In this document: in pieces, positions 19,793 to 29,652 of the stretch
Layout: every line of letters begins with the position of its first letter
Numbering within the stretch: the first letter of the stretch is position 1
IMG/VR virus record: IMGVR_UViG_3300006056_000034
Span: 4,078 to 68,077 of that record
Length of the DNA: 64,000 nucleotides
Direction: 5' to 3' (one strand)
Source of the DNA: a virus
Translations under genes and position numbers: made by a program
Notes under the pieces: generated by a model
What the model saw: only the letters and a program-made list of their open reading frames with translations
What the model was told of the DNA's origin: nothing
The model's database searches: none

Positions 19793-22700
19793 GCTATTCT
19801 AACCCATACTGCTGCCACAATATATGGCTGCATGTTATTATGAGGTAAATCATCTCCTGCCGGCTCACTTTGATCAATGGTATAATTTTCTCCAAGAGCG
19901 TTTCTTCTATCGTCTCCGTCGTCATGCTGAAGAGATCTTAACTTATATCCGTGAGTATGGCTCGCTAGTTCCTGAACAGTAAGCACGTGCCCATACTCTC
20001 CGCCAAATGTGCCATTAAGGAACGACCTAGACTCTCCTCTTGAGTCTTCTGTGCCGCCTCTGCCGACTATAACTCTGCCCTGAGCATACTCTTCCCATTC
20101 CCCAAAGCTGTGGACTCCGAATGGGCCAGTAGGTATTCCTGGATTTGATTGATTGCTAGAATTGCTATATATTGTTCCAACAGGATACAGTGTTCTCAGC
20201 AATGATGCGCTCACTACGTTTTTTATTTCATTTATAACAAATTCTCTATTTACAGCATCCTTTGGTCTAACTATTGCTGGAGATGGATATACCTCGTAGT
20301 CGTACGGAGCATCAATCATGTCGAGGCCTACTATATTTCCATTGTTGCAATCAATAGATCCAGAATTTGTCATTTCTAGTCCGTTATAAACCCTTGTTAT
20401 TGAACCATCAAAACCAAGCACTGTTTCGCCATAAGAAGTAAAGGTTCCATCCACCCTGGCATTGCCGCCAACAACTACGTCGCCTGTTGTTTCTAGCGAT
20501 CCAGCTGAAATTTTACCTATTATATTAAAATCATTATCTACAGATAATGAGTCTAACGTAGTTGGTCCAGAAACTATTAGCGATACAGCATTTATTAATG
20601 AAGAATTCAATGCCGCATTAGTTGTCATTATTCCATTGACCGTCATTTGATTTGAAGTTACTGGACCGCTAAGATTTACTGTATCACTAAATACTACTGA
20701 GTCCGTAAATTGACTAGGTATGTTTGATTGAAATTCACCTGTATTAAAGAATGTATTGCCATCAAGTATATTTGTGGATGTGGCCGACCCTATTGTTGTG
20801 TCACCATTTACTACAAGATCTTCTGCCGTCAGTATGGTGTTAGAGGTAACGGTTCCAGAAAAAACTGAGTTGCCAGAAACATTAAGCGTATTAATATTTG
20901 CAACAGTTGACATCGTAACGTCATCATTAAATGTGATTTCATTGCCGAATAGCACGGTTCCATAAAATCTTGTTTCTGAATCTATAGATGTAGTTAGCTG
21001 ATCATTTACTATTATAGTCTGGGTATTAATATCTGTAGTAGCTATTCCTCCTGTCATCGATACGGCGCCAGCTATACTTGCAGTTCCTAGTGAAGTTATG
21101 TTCCTTGCTTTTATATCAGAATACACTACGTTGCTAAAATCTACATCGTTGCCCTGAGTAAAATGAACTCCGCCAGGAGATTCTACTACTATTGCATTTC
21201 CTGGATATAGTGCGTTTGCCGAGGTAGCCCATACCCCTGTTTGCGATCCAAATGATATGCCATTTCTTATTGTTCCGTTGCTCTTAGATAGAGACTGTTT
21301 CTTTGATATGACTTCTTTAGCATTTACATTTGCTTGTGGCCACTGCCTAAGGTCGTCAACTCTTGTGGCTGTAATATTTTTCCATGAATACTCAACGCCA
21401 TCATCTTCTTGGTTTATCAGTGTGCTCTTTAAAACATATAGATTTCCACTGTTTACTTCTGCATACATATCATTATTTGTATTTAAAGAAGTAGAGCCAT
21501 CATTCGCAGACGCGTATATAGATAGATTTAACTGGTTCCCGTCTTTCCATGCTAAGCCTGTTGCCTTGCCAGTATTTCTTATATCAAATGTTCCGTCTGA
21601 AACATATGTGCATTTATTGTCTATAGTAGTAAAATACGACGCGCTTACTTGGCCATTCGCCCCAAATATTACTTTAGACAACGGCTCTAGGTTTAGAGTA
21701 TTTATTGTTGCACTTTGTATATTGGCTTCTTCTGCCTCAATATTTAACCCAGAGACTATTTTAGACAATCCACTATTACTTGTTACTGTAAGATTATTGC
21801 CTACAGCAGAAAATGAAATATTGCCAATAGTTAGCGCTCCGTTGGCAGCTATGGTTACATCGTTTAATACATTTACGTCATTACATGTAGCAGTATTTAG
21901 CTCTATGTCATTTAGCGCTAATGCGCTTCCGAATACAGTCTTGCCGCTGGCCGATTCTATTCTTAGGTTGTTAATGGTGTCTGCAAGCTTATGGTTATTT
22001 ATCCTTAGACCATAATTGTACAAGGAATTATTATAGGTTACAGAGAAGCCATTACCAGTTCCGGTCAATAGAACATCTGCCTCTATTGCCCTGCGCCTAA
22101 TGCTATGCCCGCTATCTGTAGAGCCAAGTATTATCGATCTTGAGTCTGCCAACGTATTGTCGAAAAGATTATTCTTGTTACTAGATGACATGAATACATC
22201 GCCAAGTATTGCATTGTTGTAAGTTGACGGATCATTTATAAGGCCCTCTCTCATGAATAACTGAGGATGGTCGTTTCCTTCTATTCCCGAACCACCGTAG
22301 TTAACGTCTGCGCTAATTGCTTTTGGTATCAGCCCATGTAGATCGCTATGTCTTATCTTTTGACTTCCATCTTCTCCGGTATGGCTGTGGGTGGACAGTG
22401 ACTTGATTGCAATAGATACATTTTCCCATAGGCTAGTATTAGCAAGCGCTATGACAATGATATCGTTTACGGTATCTATCACTTCTGATGTAACGGCCTC
22501 ATATGTTGTCTCGTCAATAATATGTATAGACTGAACTTCTAGTTTCTTATAGTAGTTCCCGTCTTTTCTGTAGATCCCTATATATTCTAGTGGACACGAA
22601 AGTGTTCCACTGCCATCTTTAAACTGGTCTATATATGCAGAAAGAACAATTGGATTAATTCCATCTAGATCTGATGAATGAAGTGGGTCAGTGTTTATAT

Positions 22701-23310
22701 TAGTTACAGAAACCCTTAGTCTTCCGCTTGGTTCAATAGTAAGAGTTGGTTTATTTAAAGAAGTTGTGCTTCTTGGATTCGGTAGTATATTAGGCCTATA
22801 TCCTTCTACGTCACCAAAGAATCCAGGATATGTTCCACTATAGGTAACAGAAAAAGAAGATGTTGGTGCCTTGTAAAATATCAATTCTCTTCCGGAGATA
22901 TAGTAGTCTCCTACAGCCAGCAATTGGTCTCTTGAGCTTTTTAAGTTCCAAAATGATGTTGGGTTTGTTCCGTCAGTTATAAGAACAGGATCAAGCGTAT
23001 TTGCAATAAGAGACATAGTTACCGACTTATTTGAGATCAAAGAGTATGACTCTGTAAAGTTTGAAAAATATTCTAGTCTTGGTTCGGCTGGATCATTTGA
23101 CGTACTACCTATCGTCGCAGAAAGACTAGTAATGTTTCTGCTCTCATCATATTGGTAGTCGCCATTGCCATTGATATTGCCGATAGCATCGCCGGCCGCA
23201 TTAGACGCGGTCTCTATCTGTGACACTATTTCTAATATTGTATCTTCTGTAGCAAAGCCATTAACTGTAGTTATTGCTGGAGCTGTGTAGTCTTGTGATA
23301 GTTGTGACAT
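19789..23310 (-). CDS. Tail fibre / baseplate fibre protein with beta-helix-like shaft and T4 gp10-like C-terminal domain
   Basis: HSHTG and NDHPQ motifs, a long G/S/T/N/V-rich repeat region, and C-terminal LYPVGTIY...GRVIVG...GGEYGHVLTVQELASHTH...HNNMQPYIVAAVWVRIA. Confidence 0.8.
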   Translation of the reverse strand: MSQLSQDYTAPAITTVNGFATEDTILEIVSQIETASNAAGDAIGNINGNGDYQYDESRNITSLSATIGSTSNDPAEPRLEYFSNFTESYSLISNKSVTMSLIANTLDPVLITDGTNPTSFWNLKSSRDQLLAVGDYYISGRELIFYKAPTSSFSVTYSGTYPGFFGDVEGYRPNILPNPRSTTSLNKPTLTIEPSGRLRVSVTNINTDPLHSSDLDGINPIVLSAYIDQFKDGSGTLSCPLEYIGIYRKDGNYYKKLEVQSIHIIDETTYEAVTSEVIDTVNDIIVIALANTSLWENVSIAIKSLSTHSHTGEDGSQKIRHSDLHGLIPKAISADVNYGGSGIEGNDHPQLFMREGLINDPSTYNNAILGDVFMSSSNKNNLFDNTLADSRSIILGSTDSGHSIRRRAIEADVLLTGTGNGFSVTYNNSLYNYGLRINNHKLADTINNLRIESASGKTVFGSALALNDIELNTATCNDVNVLNDVTIAANGALTIGNISFSAVGNNLTVTSNSGLSKIVSGLNIEAEEANIQSATINTLNLEPLSKVIFGANGQVSASYFTTIDNKCTYVSDGTFDIRNTGKATGLAWKDGNQLNLSIYASANDGSTSLNTNNDMYAEVNSGNLYVLKSTLINQEDDGVEYSWKNITATRVDDLRQWPQANVNAKEVISKKQSLSKSNGTIRNGISFGSQTGVWATSANALYPGNAIVVESPGGVHFTQGNDVDFSNVVYSDIKARNITSLGTASIAGAVSMTGGIATTDINTQTIIVNDQLTTSIDSETRFYGTVLFGNEITFNDDVTMSTVANINTLNVSGNSVFSGTVTSNTILTAEDLVVNGDTTIGSATSTNILDGNTFFNTGEFQSNIPSQFTDSVVFSDTVNLSGPVTSNQMTVNGIMTTNAALNSSLINAVSLIVSGPTTLDSLSVDNDFNIIGKISAGSLETTGDVVVGGNARVDGTFTSYGETVLGFDGSITRVYNGLEMTNSGSIDCNNGNIVGLDMIDAPYDYEVYPSPAIVRPKDAVNREFVINEIKNVVSASLLRTLYPVGTIYSNSSNQSNPGIPTGPFGVHSFGEWEEYAQGRVIVGRGGTEDSRGESRSFLNGTFGGEYGHVLTVQELASHTHGYKLRSLQHDDGDDRRNALGENYTIDQSEPAGDDLPHNNMQPYIVAAVWVRIA

Positions 23311-23312
23311 CT

Positions 23313-24992
23313 TTATATCTCGTTAAGTAGTAATGTTTTATATTCACCAAGCTTCTTGGCTATATAGTTGCGGCTAGGCTTAATTGTGATTTTTTCGCTA
23401 TTTGAATAATAAGATATGAAGCCTTCGCTATCAATATTGGATGCCACTATATCTATATCCCTATTTGCTAGTATTCTTATTTCTGTTAATCCTGTAAATA
23501 ATACGAAAGGGTCATTTGAACATTTTATTTTTACTTCGCTATTAGACACATCGTCGACTATTGGGCTTACTGCGCTTGAATAGTTTATTACATATGATAC
23601 GCCATCAACTATCATATTTTTATTTATTACTATTATGTCTGGCGCAATAAAACTAAAGCCTGTAAATGCTGTTTGTGATATTCCATCGTCTTGAGTCATC
23701 GACAACGTATTTTCATCTACCCACGACGGAAGAGCAAACCTATAACCATATTTGTCTTTGTCAAATGGAATACTAAAATCATAGAGGTAGTTATGATAAG
23801 ACGTTGCTCCAGCAAAGTCTGTTCCTATTGGTGAAGAATATGTGCCATCTAGTATTGGATTTACATCTGAGGCATCTGTTGTTCCTACGGCCATCAACGA
23901 TAGCCTCTCTTCCCCTTGGTCTACAAATACTCCGTATACTGCAACATTTATTGTATCCTGGGTAACAGTAGGGTTATCTACTATTAGGTCGACTGAGTAG
24001 CTGTATGTTGCACTGAACAGGTTATCTTGGAGTGATAATGGTGAGGATATATTTATATTATCTGTTACCGCTATACTTGAATATTTTTTTCCATTCATCA
24101 TTATCGGCGACGAGAATTCTATTAATGCATCAGAGTTTGTATTAAGTGTAGATATAGAGCCGTCTGCTATCCCGAGTATATTTTCTGAAAGACTATAGTC
24201 TGTAAAAAGCATATTTCTTTCTCCATTAATTGATATGAATTTATATTCATCTGTTGGAGACTTCATTGGCTGTAGCGTGCCTGGCTTAAACATTATCGGT
24301 CTTATGAAATAATATATTCCTACATTTGAATATTCGCCGTTAATAATTATTTCGCCAGTCTCATACATTATTAGTTCTATATTGGATGATATATCGACTA
24401 CTGAAATACCGTTATCATGGTATGCCAGAATAAACTCTCCAAGCGGGCAATATTTTGAAGTAATAATTGTTTTGCCATTTTGTATCTTTGGAGTTGTTTT
24501 TTCAAGTGAGTTTAATACATGTGCTGAATATGCTATTCCGACAGTAGACTCAGATTGTCTATCTATATATAGTTTTGATCCACCTAGATTGGCAGATGAC
24601 ATGTTTTTTATTTTAAGATATTTATTATCTATATACTCTTCTACTATAAACTCAAGATATATACCAAGGTTCGTACTGTTTCTTTTTAATATGTATGCTC
24701 TATCGCCGTATATTTCATTTGTGCTTGAGTAATATTCCGTGCCGTCAATATCTATTACTGTATCAAATATAGAATATATTCCATCAGTATCAGATAGTAA
24801 TGATAAGCCATCTTTTATTGCGCCTGATGGTATTAGTCCGTCACTATATTTAGATGACCACGACGGTTGTAGTTCACTATCTATTTCTTTTGCAGTTGTC
24901 GTTTTTATTGATAGAGGTAGATAATTTTGTTGGCCATCAACATACTTGTTTGTTGAGTTTATATTTATAGAGTAACTTTTATTTATTGTCAT
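23313..24992 (-). CDS. Hypothetical structural protein
   Basis: 559-aa beta-rich ORF between baseplate and fibre genes. Confidence 0.5.
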   Translation of the reverse strand: MTINKSYSININSTNKYVDGQQNYLPLSIKTTTAKEIDSELQPSWSSKYSDGLIPSGAIKDGLSLLSDTDGIYSIFDTVIDIDGTEYYSSTNEIYGDRAYILKRNSTNLGIYLEFIVEEYIDNKYLKIKNMSSANLGGSKLYIDRQSESTVGIAYSAHVLNSLEKTTPKIQNGKTIITSKYCPLGEFILAYHDNGISVVDISSNIELIMYETGEIIINGEYSNVGIYYFIRPIMFKPGTLQPMKSPTDEYKFISINGERNMLFTDYSLSENILGIADGSISTLNTNSDALIEFSSPIMMNGKKYSSIAVTDNINISSPLSLQDNLFSATYSYSVDLIVDNPTVTQDTINVAVYGVFVDQGEERLSLMAVGTTDASDVNPILDGTYSSPIGTDFAGATSYHNYLYDFSIPFDKDKYGYRFALPSWVDENTLSMTQDDGISQTAFTGFSFIAPDIIVINKNMIVDGVSYVINYSSAVSPIVDDVSNSEVKIKCSNDPFVLFTGLTEIRILANRDIDIVASNIDSEGFISYYSNSEKITIKPSRNYIAKKLGEYKTLLLNEI

Positions 24993-25596
24993 TCTTGTTT
25001 GTCTCGTTTATATATATGCTCTTTAGCCCAATAGTGTTGTTGAATATATCTTTTCCATTTATGACTTTCCCATTCTGAGCGTACATGACGTATTTATTAT
25101 ATGCCAACTCATACATTATTTTTGCCGAATCGTCTATGTCTGAATATACCTTATTGGCAAGTGCCTCAAACGGTATGTCTTTCTTATCTAATGAATATAG
25201 CTTAAGTACATTATATGATATGTCCGATATAGAAAGAACTGATCCTATATATGGCTTAGAATCAAGAAGAAGATTGTGCGGAGAAGATTGTAGTTTGGAG
25301 ACTATTGTGTTTTTGTTAGAAAAATCAGATAGCATTATCGCCGGCAGCATTGCTACTGTTTCCGATGTAAGCCATGCATTACCACCAGCTCCACGTATTG
25401 CTACTACGACATCAAATACTGTCATTGTCTCAAGTTGATATTCTTGTCCGCCAATTATAATTAGTGAGCCACTTACTTTTACAGAAAGTGGTGACTCAAC
25501 GTATATTACTGGAGATGCTTCTATCTTTTTATTTATTGCGTCTATTGAAAGTGATGATCGCTTAGATGGTGTATCGCTAAGTGGTATTTTGTCCAT
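24979..25596 (-). CDS. Hypothetical structural protein
   Basis: 205-aa ORF in the baseplate block. Confidence 0.5.
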   Translation of the reverse strand: MDKIPLSDTPSKRSSLSIDAINKKIEASPVIYVESPLSVKVSGSLIIIGGQEYQLETMTVFDVVVAIRGAGGNAWLTSETVAMLPAIMLSDFSNKNTIVSKLQSSPHNLLLDSKPYIGSVLSISDISYNVLKLYSLDKKDIPFEALANKVYSDIDDSAKIMYELAYNKYVMYAQNGKVINGKDIFNNTIGLKSIYINETNKNDNK

Positions 25597-25597
25597 T

Positions 25598-27046
25598 CTA
25601 CAATATCTCTATTGGTGATTCTGTGTATATGTATTGGCTGTCGTGAAGGTAACATTGTCTAACTGGATATAAGAAGAAGTGCTTTGACTGAGGATTGGTG
25701 TCTTGAATTTCCAATATAGTAACACCATCTTCATTAACAAGTATATTGTTTGTATTAAAAATTGTATATGCAGAATCAAACATCACAACTACTATTTTCC
25801 CGTCGTAGATAAAGATATCATCTACGCCGTTTAATACTGTGCTTGAAATTATTGTGTTGTCCGCTGTGCCTGCCATAAATGGAACTGGTATATTGGCTAC
25901 CTGAAGTTTCATTGCTATGTTTTTTGAAGCTGAATAATAAGGTATGTCCTTCTTGCTATTTATTGCAGATGGCGGATAGTATATTCTTTCATCAACTATA
26001 TTGCCATGGATATCAACGAACGACTCTACTCCGTTATCCACTATCGATAAGCAGAATGCACTATTGAGTGCTTCTATATTTTTCCTATTAAGAGTAAAGA
26101 CAACAGTAGTGCCGGCACTTATATGCTCTACGTTTATTGATACTAGGCCATTGTTATTATAAGTTGCATTTGCACTATTCAACAAGGACAAATCTATTCC
26201 TGGCTTGGCTGTTTTGAGTGATCCATCCTCAGTAAGAAATACTATGTCCAGCGATTCTGTTACGAATATTTTTCCGTCTACATAGTCTGAATCTAACTCT
26301 AACTCATAAACAGTATTGCCATTATTGGTAACCGTAATAGATCTTCCGTCTAACTCGAATACAGGCTCGAAATATGAACCAGTATTATCTGCCACCCTTT
26401 TATAGTCTACAAACTTTGACTTGTACGACATAGTACTACATAGCTGCGAAAGCATTACTTCACTATCAGTGTCTACATCTACTATTATCTTATATCTATT
26501 AAGAGTCATAAAGGATACATCTTTATTGGTCACCTCTATTTTTTCAGATACCTGATCACCATTGGCATCTAGCCCAAATATATTTATTGTGCCCTTTGCT
26601 CCTGACACATATAGGAATGACTCACTGCCAAGAACTAATGGTTCGAAGTATGAATCTGGGCTGCATGCTATGCTAGCAATAGTTTTTTGGTTACATGGCA
26701 TAAGTTTTACTGCGCCCACTGGATAGTCATCGTACCAGGAGTCAGTAAGCTGGCCTATATTTTCAAATACCCCATCAGAAGTATTTATGCTTGCAGCTTT
26801 TTGATATCCATCTACATATGGCGAAATGTATCTGTATAGGCTTTTATTTTTAAACTCGAAAGTATGCTCGCTATTTTTTATAGCGCATGCAGCTATATGC
26901 ACTATTCTTGACTGAGAAGATAATATTGAATCGTATAATGGAAATATTAGTTTAGTTAATTTTGAATAGTGATTCCTGAACGCAAAAGACCATTTGGGGA
27001 AATATGATATAAGTCTATTTACTTCTAGGTTATTTTTATTAGTCAT
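25598..27046 (-). CDS. Putative baseplate wedge protein (position of P2 gpI / T4 gp7-like)
   Basis: Directly downstream of the baseplate J-like gene; N-terminal LISYFPKW resembles the gpI-like L-x-x-x-P motif. Confidence 0.4.
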   Translation of the reverse strand: MTNKNNLEVNRLISYFPKWSFAFRNHYSKLTKLIFPLYDSILSSQSRIVHIAACAIKNSEHTFEFKNKSLYRYISPYVDGYQKAASINTSDGVFENIGQLTDSWYDDYPVGAVKLMPCNQKTIASIACSPDSYFEPLVLGSESFLYVSGAKGTINIFGLDANGDQVSEKIEVTNKDVSFMTLNRYKIIVDVDTDSEVMLSQLCSTMSYKSKFVDYKRVADNTGSYFEPVFELDGRSITVTNNGNTVYELELDSDYVDGKIFVTESLDIVFLTEDGSLKTAKPGIDLSLLNSANATYNNNGLVSINVEHISAGTTVVFTLNRKNIEALNSAFCLSIVDNGVESFVDIHGNIVDERIYYPPSAINSKKDIPYYSASKNIAMKLQVANIPVPFMAGTADNTIISSTVLNGVDDIFIYDGKIVVVMFDSAYTIFNTNNILVNEDGVTILEIQDTNPQSKHFFLYPVRQCYLHDSQYIYTESPIEIL

Positions 27047-28221
27047 TATTGATTAACCTCTATATCGCCTACTGGAAGGTATAAATAGTACTCATCTGGT
27101 ATTTCTACCTCTACTTCGTTTACAAAAATAAAGCCGCTAAGTGCTGTGTCATATACCGATATATAGTCAACAGTAATAAGATTTCCATATTCATATTTTG
27201 CCGCAATAAGTGCATTTAACGCATCTACTGAAACTTTTTGGCCTTTACTGTAGCTGTAATACTCATTGAAAATATTAAGCACAATATTTCTTACTACAGA
27301 CTCCCCAAGAGAGTCTAGTCCGTTTGTAACATTTAACTTAAGCTGTAGTTGGCTTGGTGTCGCCACCTTGTAGTCTATACCGCCATGCAGGTTTGATTCT
27401 ATCATTCTCAATATGTATTCTGCCGTATTGGAATATAAAGGATCCGCGCCTGTTAGCTTCTGTGTCTCTGTCAACAGGTACACATAGCAGGTACCAGTGC
27501 CATTCTCGTTTGTCTTTATTATTATATCGCTTGAGACGGGCAGTGATGCAGCTAGGCTTCTTATGTACTCTTCTGACGTCGTAGAATATAGATTCTTTGA
27601 AAGCTCTATCCTAAGCCTATATGTATCGTCATCTATTTCTGCAACTACAAAAGATACTGGCTTGCTAAATGAAAGAGTTATTAGTCTACTGTACGGATTT
27701 GAATAGTTAGATAATTCATATAAAGAATCCTTAGCTATGTCCACAGATGTCACTTCACTAATTGGCTTTATTTTTACATATGCAGATACAGGGGTGTATT
27801 TATCTAGAACTATCACGCTATCTATGAACTCTACTATAAATGCGCCATCTATTTCAAACTTCTCTCCCTGGCTTATTATTTCTTGGCCAAGCATAAGGCT
27901 TTCAAAGCCTAGCGCGGGATTAATTGGCCCAACTACGGCTGTGCCTTCATTTTTCAGAATACTTACACTAGATACTTTTGTTCTGTATACACCATACTCG
28001 GCACCATTCATATCTAGATATTTGCCTGCTGCGGTAGATGTATATTTTCTTGATAATAATTCTTGTGTGTTTTGATTAGTGTTAAATATTTCATCGGTAA
28101 GGGTGTCGGCTATCATCTTTATTTTTGAAGAAGATGACGCGTTGTCTATTCCAAGGTTCCTATTAATAGAGTTAATCATATTTATAGATGTTATTGTTTT
28201 ATTGAACTGCTCAATAGACAT
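27046..28221 (-). CDS. Baseplate J-like (gp6-like) wedge protein
   Basis: YTSTAAGKYLDMNGAEYGVYR, EIDDDTYRLRI and GTGTCYVYL signatures. Confidence 0.8.
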   Translation of the reverse strand: MSIEQFNKTITSINMINSINRNLGIDNASSSSKIKMIADTLTDEIFNTNQNTQELLSRKYTSTAAGKYLDMNGAEYGVYRTKVSSVSILKNEGTAVVGPINPALGFESLMLGQEIISQGEKFEIDGAFIVEFIDSVIVLDKYTPVSAYVKIKPISEVTSVDIAKDSLYELSNYSNPYSRLITLSFSKPVSFVVAEIDDDTYRLRIELSKNLYSTTSEEYIRSLAASLPVSSDIIIKTNENGTGTCYVYLLTETQKLTGADPLYSNTAEYILRMIESNLHGGIDYKVATPSQLQLKLNVTNGLDSLGESVVRNIVLNIFNEYYSYSKGQKVSVDALNALIAAKYEYGNLITVDYISVYDTALSGFIFVNEVEVEIPDEYYLYLPVGDIEVNQ

Positions 28222-28615
28222 TGACTGCTCCTGTTATCATGTTGAGTGATGCGTTTATTTTTAATGCCGTAGATGAATATACGTATTCATTTAATGCTAT
28301 TGATGTAGACATAAATACAGAATTATTCTTTACGATAGCTACAACCTTTACATCTTCTTTACGTAAGAATCCATCTGACGTTAGTGCTATCTCTATATCT
28401 CTTTGTATTATTTCTTCTAGTGCAGTAGAGACTGGTTTGCCGATATGGGCGCCTAGATTGGCTCCATATGTATCATATAGCTTATAATCAAATCTAGCAG
28501 ACCTAATCCTGTCTACAGCGTTTTGCTTTACTGCTTCACTATTTTTATGGATCAGCACTATGTCTTTACCGAATATAGATATATCGCCGTAGTCGTCAAA
28601 TAATATGTCTTTCAT
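28211..28615 (-). CDS. Baseplate wedge / sheath initiator (gp25/gpW-like)
   Basis: DILFDDYGDI...QNAVDRIRS...YGANLGAHIGKP...IEIALTSD pattern; lies immediately before the J-like gene. Confidence 0.75.
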   Translation of the reverse strand: MKDILFDDYGDISIFGKDIVLIHKNSEAVKQNAVDRIRSARFDYKLYDTYGANLGAHIGKPVSTALEEIIQRDIEIALTSDGFLRKEDVKVVAIVKNNSVFMSTSIALNEYVYSSTALKINASLNMITGAVNVY

Positions 28616-28618
28616 ATA

Positions 28619-28930
28619 TTACACCGTAGATAATACCATCGCGGCTATGGACACATAAGAGGCCGCATGCTTTGCTGGAATGTCGAATATAAATGTTGAT
28701 ATTGGGGTAACAAGTGTTGAAGGTACGCAGCTTGCCGTTAGTGGATTAAATTTTAATATAGGGCCAAACTTAATGCTGCCTATACCAGAACTTATTGATA
28801 GTGGTCCATTTACAAAAGAACCTCCATCTTTATCTACGGTAACAGACATTGCTCCTGCCGCCATTCTTGAATGAAGACCGCTTGCCTCTAGAAAGGCACT
28901 AGAATCTATCTTGTCTTTTATGATTGTCAT
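28619..28930 (-). CDS. Hypothetical baseplate-region protein
   Basis: 103-aa ORF with an ATGA overlap to the upstream gene. Confidence 0.5.
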   Translation of the reverse strand: MTIIKDKIDSSAFLEASGLHSRMAAGAMSVTVDKDGGSFVNGPLSISSGIGSIKFGPILKFNPLTASCVPSTLVTPISTFIFDIPAKHAASYVSIAAMVLSTV

Positions 28931-29652
28931 TTTGCGCTAAATATTCCTATATGTGAATGGCAAGATTTTTCTTTTAGTTTTGTAGAAGGCAGGCCTGTTA
29001 CTGATGATGTCAGGATACCCTTTTTAGTTATATCTTGTTCTGACTTGCCGTCTTGCTGCGATGTCTTATGGTTTGTGACAACTGTTCCGTATGATATTAT
29101 TTTGCCATTTACTTCTAGAGTTTCATAGAACTGTTTTGTCACATCCTTGATTTCTTCTTCTTTATATCCCACAGACTTAAGATGATCAACAGCTTCTTTT
29201 GATGATATGTCTAAATCGTCAGACATTAGCCTTGCTTGATCTATGGCTTTTGGATGTATGCTTCTTGGAGTCTTTACCTTTATGTCTAGGAAGGCCATTA
29301 CTGGCCTACCTCCTCTCACCTCCACCATCACTTCTTCGCCAATAAGCTGCTCGTAATTTATGGTGGTTATGTTTCCGCTTATGTCTAAAGGTATAAGGAG
29401 CTCATGAAGAGACACTTGGCTTTCTGGCAAATTATATTTATTGCCAAAAAGATATGTATTAGCCCTGACAACATTAAGATCTACATCTTTTATCTCGTCC
29501 CCTTTGCGTCTCACTACTGCAAAAGTATAGTCTCCTTGCGGAGATATACTTTCTATTATTCCGGGCTCAAAACTTGCTTCTTGTCTTATGTTGTCGGCAG
29601 TACCTGTAGGAAAATTAGCACCGCTATTATCCTTTATCTCATGCTTCTTCAT
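28927..29652 (-). CDS. Putative central-spike-related protein (OB-fold-like N-terminus)
   Basis: Directly after the hub-like gene. EPGIIESI...GEEVMVEVRGGRPVM resembles the gpV/gp5 OB fold; C-terminal HSH. Confidence 0.4.
   Translation of the reverse strand: MKKHEIKDNSGANFPTGTADNIRQEASFEPGIIESISPQGDYTFAVVRRKGDEIKDVDLNVVRANTYLFGNKYNLPESQVSLHELLIPLDISGNITTINYEQLIGEEVMVEVRGGRPVMAFLDIKVKTPRSIHPKAIDQARLMSDDLDISSKEAVDHLKSVGYKEEEIKDVTKQFYETLEVNGKIISYGTVVTNHKTSQQDGKSEQDITKKGILTSSVTGLPSTKLKEKSCHSHIGIFSAK

Noticed and set aside
19789..23310. Diversity-generating retroelement or invertible cassette at the fibre gene
   Set aside because: No reverse transcriptase, invertase or duplicated template-like repeat was noticed in the window.
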